A stretch of 64,000 bases of DNA, from the NCBI GenBank assembly GCA_030447525.1, contig JAUJOR010000010.1, positions 141,113 to 205,112 on the forward strand, written 5' to 3'. This stretch comes from Chloroflexota bacterium. Lineage in GTDB: Bacteria; Chloroflexota; UBA11872; UBA12225. Made by a program: the position numbers and the translations under genes. Every line of letters begins with the position of its first letter. Within the stretch, counting starts at the first letter, position 1. Below are positions 49,351 to 58,957 of the stretch, piece by piece. A model generated the notes under the pieces. The model ran no database searches. It was not told the DNA's origin and worked only from the letters and a program-made list of their open reading frames with translations.

Positions 49351-50250
49351 CTACCGCGCTCCCGCGCTCGTCGGCACGGGCGCCGTGGCCCCATCGTCTG
49401 TGTTGGCGAGCACGCTCTTGAGGTACCCGACCGCCCAGGCCGTGCCGATCTCCTGCCGGCGCTCCGGCTCCACTTTGGGCAGGTGCTCGGGGCAGATGGG
49501 GCCGGCGTACCCCAGGTCGCGCAGCGCGCGCAGGCAGCGGTCCGGACGCACCTCGCCGTCGCCGAGGAACACCTCCTCGGTCTCCGCGTCCGGCGTCCAG
49601 GGCCGCTGGGTCATGCGCACGTCGCGCACGTGGACGAAGAAGATGCGCTCCAGCAGCGGGCGCGCGGCGCGGATCACGTCGTCGCCGGCCATGTGCAGGC
49701 AGCCGAAGCAGAAGACGAGGCCGTTCTCGGCGTCGGGCACGGCGTCGAAGAGCGAGTCGAACTCGCGCTCGCCCCACAGCCCCTTCTCCGGCGGCCAAGG
49801 GCTGTGCGTGGCCAGGCGCACGCCGGCCCCGCGGGCTCGCTCGCAGGCGCGGGCGTAGAAGTCGGCGTTGCGCGCGAACTGGTCGGCCGCCTCCTGCCCC
49901 GTCCGCGCGCCGTCGAGCGGCGGGTGCAGCGTGACCGTCGGGATGCCGGCCTCCCCCGCCGCGTCCAGCGTGCGGGCGAAGGCTTCGAAGTCGCGCCGTC
50001 CATCCTCGGTTTCGGGCATCGCCCAGCCGCACGACTCGCGCACCGGCGCCAGCGCCACCACGGCGATCCCGGCGTCGTCGAAGCGCCGCCGGTGCGCCCG
50101 CAGCTCCGGGCCGCTGGGGTAGCCCCGCTCGGCCGCCGCCGGGATGGTGGAGGCCGCCTCCTGCACCGCGTCGAAGCCCACCTGGCGGCAGTAGCGCACC
50201 CGTGCAGCCGGTTCGTTGGTGACCATCCCTGCCTTCAGCGTGATCTGCAC
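49351..50250 (-). CDS. Xylose-isomerase-like TIM-barrel protein (sugar phosphate isomerase/epimerase; distant similarity to mannonate dehydratase UxuA)
   Basis: The GTG start at 50250 is preceded by GAAAGGA. AP-endonuclease-2-like TIM-barrel motifs are present (FVHVRD, HSPWPP). The longer upstream ORF-track extension is not supported. Confidence 0.5.
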   Translation of the reverse strand: MQITLKAGMVTNEPAARVRYCRQVGFDAVQEAASTIPAAAERGYPSGPELRAHRRRFDDAGIAVVALAPVRESCGWAMPETEDGRRDFEAFARTLDAAGEAGIPTVTLHPPLDGARTGQEAADQFARNADFYARACERARGAGVRLATHSPWPPEKGLWGEREFDSLFDAVPDAENGLVFCFGCLHMAGDDVIRAARPLLERIFFVHVRDVRMTQRPWTPDAETEEVFLGDGEVRPDRCLRALRDLGYAGPICPEHLPKVEPERRQEIGTAWAVGYLKSVLANTDDGATAPVPTSAGAR

Positions 50251-50288
50251 TCTTGGTCCTTTCTCGTTTCTCGTCTTCCTGGGTCTGT

Positions 50289-52997
50289 TCAGCGTGTAGC
50301 CGTGGCGAGTGCCGCCGCTTGGCGCAGGAGGTAGTAGGGGCGGCCGGTCAGGTCGGGTCCCAGGCCTGGCGAGAGCCACGCGGCGCCTTGCGCACCGCGC
50401 ACGTCGAAGAAGTACTGGAGTGGGTACGGCGAGTCGGTGTACGCGGCGGGGATGGCGGCCCGGTAGCCATCGCCGTTGCGCTCCATCTCCACCACCTCGT
50501 ACCGCTCGGCCTGGTTCGCGTGCCGGTAGTGGAGGCGCACGCCCGCGACCTGCTCCTCCTGGGCTCCGTCCGCCGCCACGCGGATCGATACCGCCTCGCC
50601 CCGCCGAAACGGTCCCGGCGGCGTGTGGGCGAGCGGGCCACCGCGGCGCGCTATTTCCAGCTCGGCCAGCGTGACGGGAGCACGACTCGTCGTCTGGCCA
50701 GGCTTGCCACCTCCAGCGGCGGCGCCGTCCAGCAGGCCGGTCATGGCGGCCGCGTCCTCGTCGATCGCCGCCAGGCGATCGCGCCAGGTGCCGCGCAGCC
50801 AGTGATCCGGCCCGAAGGTCAGGTCGTCCAGGTAGACGGCGTCGCCGGCCGCCGCCGCGGCGGCGAACGCGGCGCGGGCGTCCCCGTACGCGGCCAGCCC
50901 TTGCTCCAGCAGGGAGCGGGAGCCGGTCCGCTCGTACAGCGCGTGCGCCGTTCCGGCGCGCAGCTTGGCGGCGAAGAAACGTCCCAGCGCCGCCTGGATC
51001 GTGACGTCTGTCTGCCAGCGGCGGGATTCCGCGTCCGCGTTAGGGTCGCCACCGGCGCCGGTCACGGGAGCTCCGGCCGTCCAGCGGCCGAGCGCCGCCT
51101 CCGCCGTCGCCGCCAGCTGGTCTAGCCAGCGCGCCACGTCGAGGGGCGAGTACCGCCCGCTTGGCTGTCTGGCGATGGATTCGTCGGCGAACTGCTCCAC
51201 GGTGGAGAAGAGCGCCGGATCGAGCGGGCTGACGGTGCCGAACCGCTTTGGCGCAGGGGTGTCGCCGTACGGCCGCGCCGGCATGGGCGCCACGATGGGG
51301 ACGTCGGTGTACATCTCGGGCCAGTAGTGGTAGTTCGCCGCCGACGGATGGTGGGCGACGGTGATCAGCGGCAGGATGCGTGACGCGCTGGCGAGCGCCT
51401 CCTCGGCCGCGGGCGCGTTCTGGCCGAACTGGCGGCGCAGCGTGCGGCGCCACTGGTCCGGGTCAGCGTCCGGGTTATAGAGGCACCGGCCCAGCAGCCG
51501 GTACGTGTAGCGGTACTTGGCCCAGTCTCCCTGCGGCGACTGGAGCGATTCCTGCGCATAGCCGCCGCGGTGCCCCGGCACGCCGGAGCCCTTGCGCCCC
51601 TTGAAGGAGAGCGGCTCGAAGAACTCGGTGCCGAGCGCGCCGCCGAACTGCGCCGCGCGCCCATAGCCGGCGGCGAAGCGGGGATCGCCCCACAGCAGGA
51701 GGCGCTGGGTGCCGGGCCAGACGCGCCAGATCAGGCCGTACTCCCGGTCCTCGCGCAGCACGTCGCCGTAGCCGTAGCGGATGAAGCGGCGCAACGCCTC
51801 GGAGAGCGCCATCCACCGGCCGTGATCGCCCGTGGGCTCGCGGGGCTGCTCCAGCTCGCGGATCTCTGCCTGGTGGTAGGGCAGGCCCAGGTGCTCCGCC
51901 CAGTACTTGGGCGAGACGTTCACGCCCGCGCCCGTGCCGGCCGCGAGGGCGTTGCCGATCATGCGCTCGTCGATGCCCTTGGCGTGCAGGTCCAGCTCCA
52001 CCGGGCGGCCGCACGAGGCCACGCCCTCGAACACGGTCTTCCAGAAGTCGTAGGACTGCTCCGGCACGCCGCTCTCGCCGTGGATGCGGAAGGTGACGCC
52101 GTCGATGGTGGGCACCTCCTGGAGCAGCAGGCGCACGGCGTCGCGGCAGTATGCGGCGTGCGTCTCGTTCGTGAGGCCTTCGATGGTGTGGTTCGCCTCG
52201 GGCGAGTCCTGCCACTGGTAGGCGTGGGTCCACAGGCCGAGCTGGAAGTGCAGCCCGCGCCGCTTCACCTCCTCCCCGATGAAGCGCAGCGACGCCAGGT
52301 TGCGCTCCCGCTCCCCCTCCGGCAGGGCCGTGACGCGCACGGCAAAGCCCGGTACCTCCAGGAGGAAGGGGTAGGGGAAGTAGAAGTACGCATCCTGGAT
52401 GGTCCGTGGGAAGTCGTAGCCCAGCCCCAGCGCCAGGTTGAAGCGGTTGAACCGGTGCGTCACCAACTCCGTCAGGTACGTCGCCCACCAGGAGCGGTCG
52501 TGGAACCAGCCTTTGTCGTGGACGTCGCTGGAGAACAGACGCATGATGCTGCGCACGGCGTTGGCCGGGCGCTCGACCACGGGGCCGGGCACGTCCAGCG
52601 CGGCGAGGGGGTCGCCGGCATGCCGCACGCGGTCGACAAGCTCCAACAGGGCATAGACGAGGCCACGCGCGTCCGCGCCGGCGGCCAGGGTGACCGGCCG
52701 GCCGTTGGCGCTTCCGGTGGCGAGGGCCAGCGCCTCGGGCTCGACCGGAAGCGCCGCGCCCACCGCGGTGAGGAGGTCGCGGGCGGCACGTGATTCGGGG
52801 CCGCCCGCGAGCACGACGCGGCCGCGCGCGGACGCTGGAATCCCCCTGCTGGTCTGCGCCGCAACGCCGCGCCGCCCCAGGGCTTCACGCAGCTCGGCGG
52901 CGGCCCAGCCGACGGCGGGCGCCGCCGCGGTGGGTTCTGCCTGATCCAGGACGATGGTGACGCTGCCGGCGGCGGTTTCGGTCACGGCTGTCTCCAA
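50289..52997 (-). CDS. Large (902 aa) glycoside-hydrolase-like protein, with a GH20/GH67-type N-terminal alpha/beta domain plus a TIM barrel; the family is unresolved
   Basis: One intact long ORF, the first gene of a minus-strand operon ending with the SBP at 43936. Trp-rich barrel motifs occur (GLWTHAYQW). It is cytoplasmic, with no signal peptide. Confidence 0.3.
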   Translation of the reverse strand: METAVTETAAGSVTIVLDQAEPTAAAPAVGWAAAELREALGRRGVAAQTSRGIPASARGRVVLAGGPESRAARDLLTAVGAALPVEPEALALATGSANGRPVTLAAGADARGLVYALLELVDRVRHAGDPLAALDVPGPVVERPANAVRSIMRLFSSDVHDKGWFHDRSWWATYLTELVTHRFNRFNLALGLGYDFPRTIQDAYFYFPYPFLLEVPGFAVRVTALPEGERERNLASLRFIGEEVKRRGLHFQLGLWTHAYQWQDSPEANHTIEGLTNETHAAYCRDAVRLLLQEVPTIDGVTFRIHGESGVPEQSYDFWKTVFEGVASCGRPVELDLHAKGIDERMIGNALAAGTGAGVNVSPKYWAEHLGLPYHQAEIRELEQPREPTGDHGRWMALSEALRRFIRYGYGDVLREDREYGLIWRVWPGTQRLLLWGDPRFAAGYGRAAQFGGALGTEFFEPLSFKGRKGSGVPGHRGGYAQESLQSPQGDWAKYRYTYRLLGRCLYNPDADPDQWRRTLRRQFGQNAPAAEEALASASRILPLITVAHHPSAANYHYWPEMYTDVPIVAPMPARPYGDTPAPKRFGTVSPLDPALFSTVEQFADESIARQPSGRYSPLDVARWLDQLAATAEAALGRWTAGAPVTGAGGDPNADAESRRWQTDVTIQAALGRFFAAKLRAGTAHALYERTGSRSLLEQGLAAYGDARAAFAAAAAAGDAVYLDDLTFGPDHWLRGTWRDRLAAIDEDAAAMTGLLDGAAAGGGKPGQTTSRAPVTLAELEIARRGGPLAHTPPGPFRRGEAVSIRVAADGAQEEQVAGVRLHYRHANQAERYEVVEMERNGDGYRAAIPAAYTDSPYPLQYFFDVRGAQGAAWLSPGLGPDLTGRPYYLLRQAAALATATR

Positions 52998-53049
52998 TGG
53001 TGCGCCGGTTCGGGGGCGACGGTGTGAGGCTGCGTGGCCACGGCGGCCG

Positions 53050-54492
53050 CTACATGCCGCCGGCGTTGGCCTGGGTGAGCTGCGTGTTCTCGCGGATCAG
53101 GTCCTCGAGCTGCGGCTTGATTGCCGCCGCCATCTGCGCGGCGGCGGCTTTTCCGGTCAGCAGCTCCTTCTGGTAGGCGTCCGCGATCAGCTTGTCCATG
53201 TCCGGGAACTTGATGATCTCGTGCTCGGGGTGGCTGAACTTCTCGGCCGCGTCGACGAACACCTTCCAGTCCTGCTTGGCGCCTGGGGTGAGCCATGCCT
53301 CGGACAACGCCACCTTCCGGTTGGCCGGCAGCCCCCGGTGCAGCTCTGCCATCGCTTTCTGGCCAGGCTCCCCGGCCAGATACTCGATCAGCTGCCAGGA
53401 GTCGTCCGCCTTCTTGGCGCCGTTGTTCTTGGAGATGGTGATGTTCAGCTGCGGGTTGCGCGTCCAGGGCTGGGTCGTCCGCCGCGGCGTGGGAGCGATA
53501 TCCCAGTGGAGATCTTTCTGCGCCGCGAGCGTGGGGGCCGCCGACGTGATGGAGGCGAACATGCCCAGCTTGCCGGCGAAGAGCATCCCATTGGTGCCGC
53601 CCTGCGTCAGCCGCCGGTCGTCCGCAGTGGGGTTCACCTTGTGGCGCAGGCGCAGGTCGGCCACCCACTGGAAGGCCTCCACCACTGGCCTGGTGTCGAT
53701 CTGCACCTTGGTGTGGTCCTTCGAGAGCAGCTCGCCGCCGTTGGACCAGATGAAGGGCTGCACCGACCACCAGCTGTCGCCGTTGTCATAGCCGAACGTG
53801 GACTGCTCCGGGGACGCGCCCACCTTGGAGAGCCTGCGCGCGGTCTCGAGCAGTGCCTCCCACGTCCACCTGGGGTCGTCCCACTTGTGGGGCGGCTCGG
53901 CGACGCCAGCCCTGGCGAAGACGTCCTTGTTGTAGAAGATCACCAGCGGCGAGTGCGTCAGCGCCAGCGCCAGCACCTTGCCGCGGAAGACGTTCTTGCT
54001 CCATTCCAGTGGGAAGATGTCTTCCTTCTTATAGGTCCTGGAGCGCTTGACGTACTCGTCCAGCGGCAGGAACGTGTCTTTGACCGCCCAGGCAGCCAGG
54101 TTCTTCGTCGTCCACATCATGACCTCAGACTCGCTGCCCGCGGCCAGGAGCGTGTTCATGCGGGTGAAGTGGTCGCCGTCGGGGTTGGTCCGGTATGGCT
54201 CGACGGTGATGCGCCCGCTCTGCCGGCTGAAGTCCTCGCAGAGCTTGTTCCAGATAGCGGCCTCGGCCTCGCTGGCGTAGTAGCCGTACTGGAGCGTCAC
54301 CGGCCCCGTCTGCTTCGGCGCAGTGAGGCCGGCGCCGCGCTCCTGCCCGCACGCGGCCAGCAGGGGAAAAGTAAGCGTCCCGCCCGTGCCAATCCGTGCC
54401 AGAAAGCGGCGCCGGGACAACCCAATTGCGTGGTGGACAGACTCGGATCCGCCGCGCGGATCGTCGGTCGGCTCCGGCATGGCCTTCGGCAT
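53050..54492 (-). CDS. ABC transporter sugar-binding protein (Tat-lipoprotein)
   Basis: SRRRFLARIGTGGTLTFPLLAACG signal, followed by the SBP fold. Confidence 0.8.
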   Translation of the reverse strand: MPKAMPEPTDDPRGGSESVHHAIGLSRRRFLARIGTGGTLTFPLLAACGQERGAGLTAPKQTGPVTLQYGYYASEAEAAIWNKLCEDFSRQSGRITVEPYRTNPDGDHFTRMNTLLAAGSESEVMMWTTKNLAAWAVKDTFLPLDEYVKRSRTYKKEDIFPLEWSKNVFRGKVLALALTHSPLVIFYNKDVFARAGVAEPPHKWDDPRWTWEALLETARRLSKVGASPEQSTFGYDNGDSWWSVQPFIWSNGGELLSKDHTKVQIDTRPVVEAFQWVADLRLRHKVNPTADDRRLTQGGTNGMLFAGKLGMFASITSAAPTLAAQKDLHWDIAPTPRRTTQPWTRNPQLNITISKNNGAKKADDSWQLIEYLAGEPGQKAMAELHRGLPANRKVALSEAWLTPGAKQDWKVFVDAAEKFSHPEHEIIKFPDMDKLIADAYQKELLTGKAAAAQMAAAIKPQLEDLIRENTQLTQANAGGM

Positions 54493-54736
54493 GGCTGTAT
54501 GACCTCCTCTTGCCGTTCGCCGTGTTCGCCCGTTCCGCCTCCAGGTCAGAGCGTACAGAATAGCAAGCACACTCCTACTCGACCACACGTGTTAACTTGA
54601 ACAGCTACATCGGCCTCGCCTGAGTCAGTTCGTGTGCTGTCCCACCAGTGGTTGTGCAATCGGATGCCGGCGAGAGGACGTGCCGCCACCCGGTCCGCCC
54701 ATGCTACACGCCGGACCTGCGGACGCCACGGGGTTG

Positions 54737-55640
54737 GGAGGCTAGGGTTCAATCGTGACGATCTCCCACGTCCGCAATTCCGGCACCACTAGGAGGCCGT
54801 CGCGCACTTCCAGGTCGCGCCGGAGCGCACGGGCGCGCGCTTGCTTCGCCCCGCCGCCAACGCGCAGGCGCAGATCCCGGATGGGTAGGACATCGTGCCG
54901 CACGCCCACCCCGCTGGCCGTATGCAGCGGGAGCGGTTACTCCCCTCCGGGCCGCTGATGTGAGTCTGACGCATCGCCGCTAGGAGCGACCCGGCCCAGC
55001 TCCTGGCGCACGATCCTTGCCCCCGCCACGAGCGTCCGCAGCTTCAGCTCGGCGTTCACCAGCTCCGCCAGGTCAGCCGCGATCTCGAACCGGTCCCGGT
55101 ACGGGCCGCCGTCGGGCTGGATCTGCAGCGCGAACATCAGCGGCCCGGGGCAGGTCACCTTCAAGGGCCGGTCGGTCAGCGTGCGCGCCAGGGCGTACTC
55201 CTCGACGATGCCCAGGCCGGCGGCGGGGAGCGGCCGGGCATCTTCCTGCTCCTCCTGGGGACGCAGCATGATGCGGTCGACGGCGCGATACTGGGGCACC
55301 ATGTCGTAGCCGGCCGAGCCGAGCTTACGCGCCACGCCCAGCGGCTGGAGCCCGGCCAGGCAGCCGTAAAACCCCTGCACGAAGTGCAGCCGGCGCATCT
55401 CGCCGTCGCTGATCACGTCGACGCCGGCCTGCTCCATGTCCTGCATCGCCAGGCGCGTGGCGTCGGCGTAGAGCTCCTCCAGGTCGGTGGGGCCGAACTC
55501 GCCCCGCGCCACGGCCTGGCGCGCGACGTGGAGCCAGCCGGGGATGCCGTGGCTGCCGACGACGGTCACCGGCAGGAGCGGCAGCGGTGGGAGGGATGGC
55601 TGCAGCGACGTGGCCCCGGATGCGGCGGCCTCCGTCACGC
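54737..55640 (-). pseudogene. Cobalamin-independent methionine-synthase-like (MetE C-terminal-domain family) protein, frameshifted
   Basis: The N-terminus LPLLPVTVVGSHGIPGWL and most of the barrel are in one frame. The C-terminal segment (GVGVRHDVLP...LVVPELRTW) continues in another frame. Confidence 0.45.
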
Positions 55641-56911
55641 CTCCACACCGTAGCGCTTGATCACGTCCTGGTTGAGCTCCACGCCCAGGCCGGGCTGCTG
55701 TGGGACCGGCAGGCAGCCGTCGGGCTCGATCTTGAACGGCTCGGCCAGGATGTGGTGCGGCACCATGCTGCCGGCCTCGGCGTCGTAGGCCGTCCGCTCG
55801 CGGGTGGACGAGCGCTGCCTGCCGGGCGGGAAGAGCGTGCACTCCTGTGGGCCCCGCGCGTTCGGGACCGCCGCCACCAGTTGCAGCGTGGCCGCCATGC
55901 CGACGTGGATACTAGCCCGGATTATTCACGGGGTTGAGACCGCCCAGATCACAGCGGCCCTTGTGTCTACATGAGCCACCAGGAGGGAAATGGCCCTGTC
56001 TCAGGCACCGTTCCAGGAGTAGCTGGGCTAGCACCGTTACCGTGTATGAATAATCCGGGCTAGTGTCGTGCGGCGTGAACGCCTTGCTGAACGCCTCAGC
56101 CAGGTGCGCGACCTTCTGGCAGGTCAGCAGCCCGCCCGCCTTGATGGGGTCCGGCTGCACCACCTCGCACGCGCCGCGGACGATGGCGTCCTTGTAGCGC
56201 CAGAGCGAGAAGTCCTCTTCGCCGAAGGTGATGGGGATGCTAGTGTGGTGGTTGACGTACGCCAGCGCATCGAGGTCGCGCTCGGGCACCGGCTGCTCGA
56301 GGTGCAGCACGTTGAACGGCTCCAGCGCCTGGCACATGCGCACCGCGCTGGGTGCGGACCACGCGCTGTTCGCGTCCAGCAGCAGGTCGACGCCGTCGCC
56401 GACGGCGGCGCGCACCGCGCGCACACCGTCCAGGGTGGTGTCCGGGCGGGCGTCGAACCCCTGGCGGGTGGAGACCTGCAGCTTCAGAGCGGTGAAGCCG
56501 GCCTCCACCGCCTGCGCCGCGAGATTCGCCTGGGCCGGCGGCGTGTCGCGCGCGATGGTGAGGTACACGCGCACCCGGTCGCGGTAGGCGCCGCCGAGCA
56601 GCTGGTGGACGGGGACCCAGCGCCTTGCCCTTGAGGTCCCACAGCGCCAGCTCCAGGCCGGAGAGGGCGCACATCTGCAGGCGCCCCTCCAGCTTGTAGG
56701 TGCCGATGGCCAGGCGCTCGTGCAGCGCCTCGATGCGCAGCGGGTCTTGCCCAACGGCCAGCGGCGCGAGCGAGTGCTTGAGCGCGGCCACGATCAGCGG
56801 TGCGCTCATCGGGCTGGCCTCGCCGACGCCCGTGACGCCCTCGTCGGTTTCGACCCGTACCAAGACGTAGCGGTCCGCCAGCACGATGGGCGTGACGCGG
56901 GTGATCTTCAC
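55635..56911 (-). pseudogene. Enolase-superfamily (mandelate racemase / sugar-acid dehydratase) gene, interrupted by a MITE and carrying a frameshift near 56630
   Basis: The N-terminus VKITRVTPIVLADRYVLVRVETDEGVTGVGEASP has a GTG start overlapping the upstream stop. The frame changes after WDLKGKALG. The body reads ...VAHLAEAFSKAFTPHD, then the 154-bp element, and the authentic C-terminus IHVGMAATLQLVAAVPNA...GLGVELNQDVIKRYGVEA resumes at 55910. Confidence 0.7.
55911..56064. mobile_element. MITE-like non-autonomous element with 18-bp perfect terminal inverted repeats (ACTAGCCCGGATTATTCA)
   Basis: 154 bp, AT-richer than its flanks. Removing exactly these bases fuses ...FTPHD to IHVGMAATLQLV... 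in frame, restoring a canonical enolase-superfamily C-terminus. Confidence 0.7.
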
Positions 56912-57588
56912 TACTTCACCATGTCCAGCAGGTTCTGGGCCTCGGACGCGGCCTGGCTCAGCGCGTCCTTCACGCCGACCTTGCCGTCGAGGACGCTCTC
57001 CACCGCCTTGTTGATCACCTTGCTGATGTCGTCCCAGGCGGGGCTCTGCGGCATGGCCTGCGACCCTTCCAGGTTCTTGAGCACCACGTCGCTCCAGTAC
57101 GGGTTCAGATCGCGATAGGCCTTCTCCTCGTTGAACTTGCGCACCGCCGCCGGCCGTTTCTGGGCCAGGAGCGCCTTGCGCGCGCCTTCCTCGAGGCTGA
57201 TGTACTTGAGCAAGGTCCAGGCGGGCTCGTGCTGCTGACTGGCCTGCGGGATGGCGTACACCCAGACGTAGTTGGCGACCGTCTTCGACTTCGCCTTGGC
57301 ATTCTTCGAGTTGTACGGCGGCACGGCGGCGCCCAGCGGGAAACCGGGCTCCTCCTCGTCGATGCGAAAGAACATCGAGACGATCTCGGCGCACATGTCC
57401 TCCACCAGCTTGGTGCGCACGCCGTCCCATTCGTGGAAGAGCTCCAGCGTTACCGGCGCGGTGGACGCGGCGCCGCCACCGGGAGCGCCGTCCCTCTGGG
57501 CGCCGCAGGCCGTCCCGAGCAGCGCCAGGAAGCCACCGCCTGAGGTCAGACTGACGCGCAACAAACGCCGCCGTGTCGCCATCGCCAT
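56911..57588 (-). pseudogene. Sugar ABC SBP with an internal deletion (about 200 aa missing)
   Basis: The signal peptide (MAMATRRRLLRVSLTSGGGFLALLGTACG) and the SBP C-terminal tail (PAWDDISKVINKAVESVLDGKVGVKDALSQAASEAQNLL) are joined in a 225-aa ORF. Confidence 0.5.
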
Positions 57589-57871
57589 CCCTCCCCCAGT
57601 CCTTTATGCCGTTCCGGCATCTGGCCACATCCAGTGAGTGTCCGGCGCGGATGCGCCTCCATAACGCCGCTCCTACGACTTCGATATGGTGGTTATTCGG
57701 AACGGGACTACAGGGAATCCATCCTTCTGGAGACCGACTTGAACCTGCCAGATCGGCAATCTTAGGCGTGGCGGCGACGGACCTCGCGCTCGCTGCATCT
57801 CCGTCGGGCGCGACCGGCTCCGTGGCAGTCGGCCGGCACGCCGTCCACGGTCGGTCGGCTGCCAGGTGCGG

Positions 57872-58954
57872 CTAACTGCTCCCGCCGATGCCTCCGAGCG
57901 TGACCCTGCCGGCGCTGGCGCAGAACTCCGTCCCGTACGTTTTCGAGCACGCGCGCATCTGCGTCACAATCTCGGCGCCCGCACCGTCCGCCGGATTGAG
58001 CGGCGCCGGGTCGTTCGCATCGTCGCGCCGCAGCGGGATGACCGCCACCTCGGCCAGCGTCCGGTCGCGCATGGCGCACCGCACCAGCAGGCCATCCAGG
58101 CTCTGGCCCCGCATCTTCGTCCAATCGAAGGCGAAGTTGCCCAGGCTGTAGAAGACCGGGCGCTGGCCGCCCGGTCCCTGGAACAGCTCGACACCCTGCA
58201 GCACGTGCGGGCCATGGCCGATCACCACGTCCGCACCTGCCTCGACCGCCACTCTGCCGATCGCCCGCTGGTACTCGCACGTCTGGCTGCTGCCCGACAC
58301 CCCCCAGTGGCACGAGACGACGACCAGGTCCACCTGCTCGCGCAGCCGCCGCACGTCCGTCTGCATCGCCGCCAGCTCGCCGGCGTCGGGCCAGGTGACC
58401 ACCTCCGGCGGGCCGCCGGGCATCTCGTGCAGGCGCCGGTTGGGCAGGTAGGCGGTATGCGCCCTGATCGTCGCCACGCCGGGCGTGCGCTCAGTGGCGG
58501 CGTGCCCCGCGGGCCAGAAGACCGACGTGTACGAGAGGAAGCCGAAGCGCACGCCCCTGCGCTCGACCACCACCGGAGCGCGCGCCTCGTCGCGCGTGCG
58601 CCCGCCCCCGGCGTGCCGGATGCCCGCCTCGTCCAGCACGGCGAGGCTGCGCAGCATCGCCTCGGGCGGATAGGTGACGTTGTTGGCGCAGCCCACGACG
58701 TCGACGCCGGCCGCGACGAGGCCGCGCACCATGCGCGGCTCGGAGTGGCGCCAGCCCGCCTTGTGCGGGATGTCCGGCGCCGCCGGGTTCTCGGCAGGGC
58801 CGGCGAGCGGTCCCTCGAGGTTGACGAAGCGTACGTCCACGTCCCGGAATAGGGGCAGGACGTGCCGGAAGGCGCCGGACGGGTCCTCACGGAACTGGAG
58901 ATTGGTGTCCCCCGCCAGGAGCAGCGTGACGGCGGCGCGGGCGTCTGAGGCCAC
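57872..58954 (-). CDS. CapA-family metallophosphoesterase (poly-gamma-glutamate biosynthesis CapA-like)
   Basis: The pattern LLLAGDTNL...NLEGPL...VVGCANN...GHGPHVLQGVE is typical of the CapA/PgsA fold. Confidence 0.65.
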   Translation of the reverse strand: MASDARAAVTLLLAGDTNLQFREDPSGAFRHVLPLFRDVDVRFVNLEGPLAGPAENPAAPDIPHKAGWRHSEPRMVRGLVAAGVDVVGCANNVTYPPEAMLRSLAVLDEAGIRHAGGGRTRDEARAPVVVERRGVRFGFLSYTSVFWPAGHAATERTPGVATIRAHTAYLPNRRLHEMPGGPPEVVTWPDAGELAAMQTDVRRLREQVDLVVVSCHWGVSGSSQTCEYQRAIGRVAVEAGADVVIGHGPHVLQGVELFQGPGGQRPVFYSLGNFAFDWTKMRGQSLDGLLVRCAMRDRTLAEVAVIPLRRDDANDPAPLNPADGAGAEIVTQMRACSKTYGTEFCASAGRVTLGGIGGSS

Positions 58955-58957
58955 GGC

